Below are positions 58,199-64,000 of a stretch of 64,000 nt of DNA, one piece after another. The stretch is from a virus. The position numbers and the translations under genes were made by a program. Position 1 is the first letter of the stretch. Every line of letters starts with the position of its first letter. The notes under the pieces were generated by a model that saw only the letters and a list, made by a program, of their open reading frames with translations, did no database searches and was not told the DNA's origin. The stretch covers positions 3,420-67,419 of the IMG/VR virus record IMGVR_UViG_3300028558_000027; one strand, written 5' to 3'.

Positions 58199-58500
58199 GC
58201 GCTCGCTTTCTTGATCTGCCCGATGGTGGTCGCCAGGATGTCCACGAAGTCGTGCGTGCTGCAGGCGTCCTCGGGATGGGTCTTGTTGAACTCTCTTGCG
58301 ATGTCACCCAGCAGGCTGAGCATTCGCTTTGTAGACGCTCGCAGCCACTCCACTCGGTAGTGGTCGGGCTCCGGTCCGTCACCGTTCAGAGCCGCCCCGA
58401 TCTGGGCACGTAGCGCTAAGCCGTTCTTCAGGCGGCGATTTTGATGCGACTGGGCGTCAAGGAGGGTTTTTTGAACAAATGCAACTCGGTCATCGGCCAT
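58195..58500 (-). CDS. hypothetical protein
   Basis: ATG 9 nt after GTTTCGCTAC; coupled to thyX. Confidence 0.7.
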   Translation of the reverse strand: MADDRVAFVQKTLLDAQSHQNRRLKNGLALRAQIGAALNGDGPEPDHYRVEWLRASTKRMLSLLGDIAREFNKTHPEDACSTHDFVDILATTIGQIKKASA

Positions 58501-58540
58501 GAATATCTAGTAGCGAAACTTCCGAGACAATCTTGCGAGT

Positions 58541-59545
58541 GTGCTGAATTTGCAGACGACCAAGGCCCTCGGGATTCACCAGTCGGATTTAATTATTCGG
58601 ACTGCGATCATCGCCGGCATCGCGGACATTCGTAGAAACCCCTGGCTGCTCGATTACTGCTTTGCGTCAATATCGCAAGACACCCTCACCAAGGACGTCT
58701 ACGGCGCCAAGAGCGCTGAGCAGGCAAAGAAATATTTTCTGTCATCGAATATCCCGGTTTTTATGGACACCAGGGTCGACTCCGCGAAGCTCCCCGCGAT
58801 CAGTATCCACCTCCAAAGCTCTGACGAGGCCGAAAACACCACTGCAGACATAAATTACGACGTGTCTGAAGCGACTGAGGCGCCCTGGACACCTCTTGCG
58901 GGCCCCTTCGCCCCCTCGGCTTACGTTGCGTCAACGGGGAAGATGACAATCCCCGCGGCCTCTATCGGAGACCTTGTGCTCGCCCCCGGCATGTTCGTGA
59001 TCGACTCGGTGGGGCTGGCGCACGAGATTCAAGATGTACTGGACGACGGCACAGTGCTGGTTCAGCCGGGTACAACGTCGGATTTTCGTCGTTCGTACAT
59101 CAAGGGGTCGCAGCCCCGCCTGATTACCTCGTTGGAGTCGGTGACGTTCAAAGAGACGTACACGCTCGGGGTCCATGTTCAGGGGGAGGCGAGCTACCTC
59201 ACTTATTTGCACTCGATTTTGGTCTTCATCCTCCTGCGGTACAAAGAAACTCTGCTGGAGGCCCGTGGATTCGAGCGTTCGGTGATTTCTTCGTCAGACG
59301 TTCGTCCTGATACTTCGACGGAAAAGGAGCTGGCATGGGTTCGGTATATGTCGATCACCGGGTACGTGAAGCAAATCTGGCCCAAGGCTGTCAGTGAGAG
59401 AATTCAGTCAACGGTCACTCAGCCGACCATGGGATTTGCCGGAACACAGGGGCCGGGAGTTACCGACGCTGGTAAATCCGGCACCGACGACGACTCGTGG
59501 CTTGCTGACCAAGACGCCTTGGCGGCAGGATTCCTTACCCGCTAA
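58541..59545 (+). CDS. putative tail terminator / completion protein
   Basis: LPAISIHL..DE motif; late motif upstream; located before the sheath gene. Confidence 0.6.
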   Translation: MLNLQTTKALGIHQSDLIIRTAIIAGIADIRRNPWLLDYCFASISQDTLTKDVYGAKSAEQAKKYFLSSNIPVFMDTRVDSAKLPAISIHLQSSDEAENTTADINYDVSEATEAPWTPLAGPFAPSAYVASTGKMTIPAASIGDLVLAPGMFVIDSVGLAHEIQDVLDDGTVLVQPGTTSDFRRSYIKGSQPRLITSLESVTFKETYTLGVHVQGEASYLTYLHSILVFILLRYKETLLEARGFERSVISSSDVRPDTSTEKELAWVRYMSITGYVKQIWPKAVSERIQSTVTQPTMGFAGTQGPGVTDAGKSGTDDDSWLADQDALAAGFLTR

Positions 59546-59560
59546 CGCAATCTTGTGTAG

Positions 59561-60202
59561 GTGCTACGAGTAGCGCCTTTACGAAAAGACGAGGATACAG
59601 CCCCGCAGGGGAACCTCTATCGTACTCCGCCTGCTCCCGTAGCCGATCATCCGTTGTTCTCAGGTTCCAACTCGGTTGGTCTCATGACTGCCGAGGCTCC
59701 GATGTATCCGGCGAAGGACAGCGGTGGCAACAAAGGCCTAGAGCAAAAGCTAACCACTATGGGTTTGAGGTTTGAGCCCACCACGGGCTCTTACGGCGGC
59801 GGTCTAGAGCACAGCTACATCATTCATGGTCCGACCAGGGAGCAGATGTACCAGCTGGGTCATGAGCACGGTCAGCATGCCGTTATATACAGTCAGAACG
59901 GCAATCACGAATTACTGATGACCCACGGGCCCGATGCGGGCAAATACCATCCGTCCCTGCCCGTTATTCGTTACTCGAAAGACGCTCCGGAAGACTATTA
60001 CACCGCTCTTCCTGGTCGCGGTCACGTCACGCTTCATTTTGCTCAGGACAAGCTTCTAGACTCGCCTGTCAAGCACACGATGCCAGCGCACGCTGGCGGA
60101 CCTGCAGGGCATCCGGCGCAGCAACAGCTGCAAGCGATGAAGCACGAGATCGCCACCGGCCTACTGGCGATCCTCCGCAAGGCGCAGAAGGAGCTGAGCT
60201 AA
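59561..60202 (+). CDS. SAM lyase-like (T3 SAMase/DUF3293-like) protein
   Basis: GLMTA...N..L...L...GSY...EHSYII...LGHEHGQHAVI...YYT pattern. Confidence 0.55.
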   Translation: MLRVAPLRKDEDTAPQGNLYRTPPAPVADHPLFSGSNSVGLMTAEAPMYPAKDSGGNKGLEQKLTTMGLRFEPTTGSYGGGLEHSYIIHGPTREQMYQLGHEHGQHAVIYSQNGNHELLMTHGPDAGKYHPSLPVIRYSKDAPEDYYTALPGRGHVTLHFAQDKLLDSPVKHTMPAHAGGPAGHPAQQQLQAMKHEIATGLLAILRKAQKELS

Positions 60203-61132
60203 ATGGCTTGGGCAGGAGCGTACGCGTACCACGAGTCCAAGCCGCACCACAAGCAGTCGAAGGGGCACGGCGTCCTGTTGACGACGAAGCAGTTCATGGA
60301 CCTCACCGGGCTCGCCAAGAAAGAGGGCGACCCTCCCACGCAGCCGACTCCTCCAGCTCCTCATCCAACGAACGAACAAGCTGCCGGTGTTGGAGTGTCG
60401 ACCTACGCCAAGCACGCGGCTCCCTTTGGAACGGTCAACAAAGGCGTTCCTTCGAATCTAGAGCACTACCCGATGAAGGGGACCAAAGACAAGGTCAACC
60501 AGCTCGTCAAAGACCACGGTTACCAGGTCTATTACATGGGCGGAAAACACGGCAAGCCCGATCTCGCCAACCGCAACTACGAAAACGGCCACCTAGCGAT
60601 TTGGGATCCGTCGGCAGGCTCTGGTGGCGACTTTGGTGAAGAGGACGTTACTGACAACTGGCGCAAGGTACATGAACTTGCCCACGCTCTCACTCTGCCT
60701 GCTCTCAATCAGAAATACGGCGAAGGTCGCCGCATGGGCGGCCTCGGTAAGCATCGTACATTGCGTGAGGCCAAACGCTCAGTCGAGTGGGAGTACAACG
60801 TCGCCCACAAGCAGCGCGACTTGAACAAACAGCTCGGTATCCATGTGCCGGATGAGGTGTTCCACAAAGAATTGAACACCGTAATGCATGATGCGGTGCA
60901 TCGGGCCGTGACCGGCAAATTCACGGAGTCTAGCGCCGAGGGCTTTGTGCCTCATTCACACAAGGTTCCGTTGGAGACGTCGTTAGGAATGCTCGACGAG
61001 GCTGCGAAGGAAATGGGTCTCCCCGATGAGCATTCATTGGTCCGTAAATCCGAGCGCGAGTACACGGCGCATGAAGCCGCTGTCCTGGTGTTCGAGAGGG
61101 TCAAAGAAACCCTCAGAAAGCATGCGCGGTAA
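60203..61132 (+). CDS. zincin-like metallopeptidase-domain protein
   Basis: VHELAH (HExxH) with a downstream Glu (VEWE). Confidence 0.6.
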   Translation: MAWAGAYAYHESKPHHKQSKGHGVLLTTKQFMDLTGLAKKEGDPPTQPTPPAPHPTNEQAAGVGVSTYAKHAAPFGTVNKGVPSNLEHYPMKGTKDKVNQLVKDHGYQVYYMGGKHGKPDLANRNYENGHLAIWDPSAGSGGDFGEEDVTDNWRKVHELAHALTLPALNQKYGEGRRMGGLGKHRTLREAKRSVEWEYNVAHKQRDLNKQLGIHVPDEVFHKELNTVMHDAVHRAVTGKFTESSAEGFVPHSHKVPLETSLGMLDEAAKEMGLPDEHSLVRKSEREYTAHEAAVLVFERVKETLRKHAR

Positions 61133-61245
61133 CCGCCTTGTCCCGCAGTTTCAGAAACAGCAGCCGCAAACCCGCTGTCCTTATGGCCATTCAGACCGCG
61201 TTGTCCCGTAGCGAACATAACCTTCCTTATTAGGAGACTTGAACA

Positions 61246-62532
61246 GTGAGCGAGAAAATCCATACCGCCAAAGAGGTCAGTGCAGCGCTTCTGAAGCATT
61301 CGAAGGAAAAGTTGGAAGCAGCCGCAGTTCAGATCAAAGACATGCGGTCTCGCGAGTTGCGCAAGTCGGCTCGCACCCCGGGCTCGAAGAAGCTGGTGAA
61401 GGCTGAACTGTGCCTGTTGTGCGGCAATCTCGATCGTCCCGGTTCGTGCACCTGCGTTCTTCGCAAGGATGAAGACGGAGCGAAGTCGAAGGCGTGCCCG
61501 CATTGCTCGAAGGACGTGTCGGTCGTTGATGGCAAGATCGGTCATCATTTCGAGGGTCGCCAGGCGAAGCCCTGCAAAGGTGTTGGCTGCGCTCCGAAGT
61601 CGATGGAGAAGGACGAGAAGTCGCCCGACAAGGCCCCCGGCGCAGTTCTTCCGGGTGATAAAGACGCGAAAGAGACAAAGGCCCCGGGTAGCGGTGGCAA
61701 GGTCTCGAAGATCCCCGGCCTGAAGAAGTCCGCAGCTCTTCGCAAGTCTCCGATGGACATGGTGATGGGGCGAGAGAAATTCAAGGCCCCTGGGACGATG
61801 GCCCCAGCCCCTCTGCCCGGGATGGGTCCGGTGAAGGTCAACGGCATGCACCCGGACACTCACGCGAGCCTTCAGGATGCGAAGGCCGCCCGTCCTTCGC
61901 CTGCCGCCGCATCGGTTGCGACCGCGAACAAGGAGCTGGGTGGATTCAAGTCGATCGCGAGTAGCCCGGTTATGGGCGGCGTGAAGCCGATCGCTCGCGG
62001 CCCCATTGCTATCGCTGCAAATGCCAAAGCCAAGACAGCAGCTACGCCTCCGCCGATTCCAGCAGCCGCTCGCAAGGACGAAGTGCCGCATCAGCATTAC
62101 GAAGCAGGCGGTCAGGTCGATAAGGGCCATCGTGCTGTGGCTGCCCGAGACCTTGCCGAAGACAAGCGCGCGGCCGGCGTTGGCTTCCTTTCGAATCTCA
62201 TCACTCGCTTCAAGGGCGTAGGTAACAAGACCTGGGGCCAGACGGCAAGGACCAGCCCTCGTGCTTCTGGTGTGCGGCCTCTTCAGCGTTCGGCGAAGCC
62301 CGAGACTAAGAAGCCCTTCTCGATGAAGAAGGAAGAGATGGGCAAGTGCGCAATGTGCTCGAAGATGGAGCACGACGGCACCTGTAAGAAGCTGGAGGTT
62401 CCTCCTTCTACTGAGGGGCTTTCTATGACCAACCACAACCGTTCCTTGCTGACGCTCGACAAGAGCATCAAGCCGGCTCTTCGCCAGGGCTTCAAGAAGC
62501 GCAAGAACATCATGGCCCCAACGCGCCGCTAA
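61246..62532 (+). CDS. basic, low-complexity protein with small Zn fingers (probable internal head protein)
   Basis: AGGAG ribosome-binding site; three Cys clusters; many x-x-K-[SAD] sites. Confidence 0.65.
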   Translation: MSEKIHTAKEVSAALLKHSKEKLEAAAVQIKDMRSRELRKSARTPGSKKLVKAELCLLCGNLDRPGSCTCVLRKDEDGAKSKACPHCSKDVSVVDGKIGHHFEGRQAKPCKGVGCAPKSMEKDEKSPDKAPGAVLPGDKDAKETKAPGSGGKVSKIPGLKKSAALRKSPMDMVMGREKFKAPGTMAPAPLPGMGPVKVNGMHPDTHASLQDAKAARPSPAAASVATANKELGGFKSIASSPVMGGVKPIARGPIAIAANAKAKTAATPPPIPAAARKDEVPHQHYEAGGQVDKGHRAVAARDLAEDKRAAGVGFLSNLITRFKGVGNKTWGQTARTSPRASGVRPLQRSAKPETKKPFSMKKEEMGKCAMCSKMEHDGTCKKLEVPPSTEGLSMTNHNRSLLTLDKSIKPALRQGFKKRKNIMAPTRR

Positions 62533-62570
62533 TCTGACCGCAATCTTACCTCAGGGAGAAATATAGAATC

Positions 62571-64000
62571 ATGGCACTGTCGTCTACCACAGATTTTGGG
62601 ACCGTTTATATTCCCGGCGCCTACCCGACCATCGCTGTCCAGCCCTCCGTTAGCGGTCTGTCGACGACTGGCGTGTTGATGCTGGTGGGTGAAGCCGATC
62701 AGGGTCCCGACTACAGCCTCGAAGCAGACCTGAACCAGAATGGGTACGGCCCCGACCAGGCTGGCGACGTCACCAACAAGTACAAGAGCGGCCCGCTGGT
62801 GGATGCTTTTAAGGCGGCATGCGATGCGGCCAACGACCCCCAGATTCAGGGCGCGTTTGCTCGTATCATTATGGTGAAGACCAATCCTTCGACCAAGGCC
62901 ACGTCGAGCATTCTGAAGTTTACGGGTGGCGCCTACGCTACCCTGCAAGACAAGAGCTACGGCAAGCTCGGGAACCTTATCTCGCGCGTCATCACTACCA
63001 AGACGGCGGAAGTCATCCCGACGACCGGCAGCTTCCTTTTTCTCCCCCCGATCGCAGCGACAGACGTTGGCGTGCGCGTGAACGGCGGCACCATCGCTAC
63101 GATCACCGTGGCGGCAAACACCCTTCCGGCCGCGTTCGCCACCCAGATGGATGGCATCGCAGGTGTCGACGTCGCTGCTGGCTCGGGCGTCGATCGCGGC
63201 GTCCTCGCCTCGGCAACAGGCACCCTTGCCTTGACCGTGGTTTCGGGGAACAACGTCACAATCACTCGATCGGTGAACTGGTCGGTCGCGCCGTCCGTCG
63301 GCGACACCCTCTATATTCCGGCGTCGACAGCTTTGTCCACCTCGCAGGCGACGAACGCAGGCGCCTACGTCGTCACGTCGGTGAGCGCAGCATCGCTGAA
63401 TGCAACGAAGTTGCTCAACATCACCGGCAGCCCCACGGTCATCACCGCTCCTGTCAATCAGACGGCTGTCAGCTCGGCATCGACCACTGACGTCCGCTGC
63501 TTTGCACCGGTGACGGTATCTCTCGTCGCCGGCAACCCGACTGACGGAATTGGCAAGAGCCTGAGCATCGCCGACATGGCGACCAACACCGGGCTCTTGG
63601 CGTACCTCTGCTACACCTACTCGGTCGGTGGTGGCGCCCTTCCGGTGACCTGGATTGCCTCGGGCACCTCGCCGACCTCGATTCTGACGTCGGCCACAGA
63701 GTACTGCCCCACTCTGACCAACGCTCGTCAGCTGGACAACCTCACCGAGGACCTGTCGGCCGGTGGCAACATCGGTCTCAAGATCGGCTATTCGGGTTCC
63801 TCGGCGACCGCGTCGGTGGTCATCACCGCGACTACGATGACAATCACTGTCACCGGCGGTACGGGCACCTCGCAGACCCCCATCACTCTGTCGGCCCTCC
63901 CGTCGATCGCCGATCTCGCTACGTACATCAACACTCTGACCGGTTTCGCCTGCGCTGTGGGCAGCACGGCAGCTGGCCAGATGCCGACGACGACCCTGGA
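62571..64000 (+). CDS. tail sheath protein (partial)
   Basis: Hand-translated MALSSTTDFGTVYIPGAY...LMLVGEADQGP...YKSGPLVDA...DKSYGKLGN; no stop codon seen before the window end. Confidence 0.85.
   Translation, partial: MALSSTTDFGTVYIPGAYPTIAVQPSVSGLSTTGVLMLVGEADQGPDYSLEADLNQNGYGPDQAGDVTNKYKSGPLVDAFKAACDAANDPQIQGAFARIIMVKTNPSTKATSSILKFTGGAYATLQDKSYGKLGNLISRVITTKTAEVIPTTGSFLFLPPIAATDVGVRVNGGTIATITVAANTLPAAFATQMDGIAGVDVAAGSGVDRGVLASATGTLALTVVSGNNVTITRSVNWSVAPSVGDTLYIPASTALSTSQATNAGAYVVTSVSAASLNATKLLNITGSPTVITAPVNQTAVSSASTTDVRCFAPVTVSLVAGNPTDGIGKSLSIADMATNTGLLAYLCYTYSVGGGALPVTWIASGTSPTSILTSATEYCPTLTNARQLDNLTEDLSAGGNIGLKIGYSGSSATASVVITATTMTITVTGGTGTSQTPITLSALPSIADLATYINTLTGFACAVGSTAAGQMPTTTL

Larger units (their letters stand above)
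3151..58519. promoter_or_regulatory. dispersed 'middle' promoter motif GTTTCGCTAC (15 copies)
   Basis: Minus strand: 3151, 6662, 9569, 11980, 15263, 17883, 31367, 52597 (variant), 53418, 58510. Plus strand: 18231, 20745, 38814 (variant), 40236, 40839. All are just upstream of co-oriented non-structural genes. Confidence 0.85.
5147..62547. promoter_or_regulatory. dispersed 'late' promoter motif CGCAATCTT (14 copies)
   Basis: Plus strand: 25529, 31690, 35772, 39402 (variant), 41876, 47831, 48994, 53942, 58526 (variant), 59546, 62539. Minus strand: 5147, 8999, 30820. Mostly upstream of virion genes. Confidence 0.88.

Noticed and set aside
61133-61245. Intergenic ncRNA or tRNA
   Set aside because: Only a short imperfect repeat (TTGTCCCG) is present; no cloverleaf or convincing structure.
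23779-62436. Long minus-strand ORFs (23779-25260, 32463-33575, 35766-37271, 37320-38423, 60952-62436)
   Set aside because: They lie opposite well-supported genes, have no motifs, and are expected from codon bias at this GC content.
1-64000. Stop-codon reassignment
   Set aside because: Genes are intact and densely packed under the standard code, TAA, TAG and TGA all end genes, and no suppressor tRNA was seen.

Overview
The window is a 64-kb slice of a large, moderately GC-rich contractile-tailed phage (myovirus) genome. No host genes, integrase or CRISPR array were seen. All protein-family calls come from motifs read by eye, without database searches. The left arm (1-17.9 kb, minus strand) carries replication and metabolism genes: intein-containing DnaE, class II RNR, RuvC-like resolvase, SbcC, GroEL and DnaB. 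A probable origin with palindromic repeats sits at the strand switch (~17.9-18.06 kb). The right arm (plus strand) encodes an SF2 helicase, a sigma factor, GroES, SbcD, and a terminase-portal-protease-scaffold-capsid-neck-sheath module, with minus-strand islands (tRNA-Thr, DNA ligase, dNMP kinase, ThyX). Highlights: (1) Several late multidomain proteins have enzyme domains (HhH-GPD glycosylase, GGDEF, mCpol cyclase, two GNATs, Nudix, ART, two PI3/4K-like kinases, SAM-lyase-like, HExxH peptidase) separated by a hydrophobic-x-K-[S/A/D] motif also found at the capsid N-terminus. This suggests a virion-packaged, protease-released effector arsenal. (2) Two phage-specific promoter motifs, GTTTCGCTAC (replication genes) and CGCAATCTT (structural genes), often lie so close to start codons that the mRNAs should be leaderless. 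(3) A T4-gene-49-like hairpin occludes the resolvase start codon.
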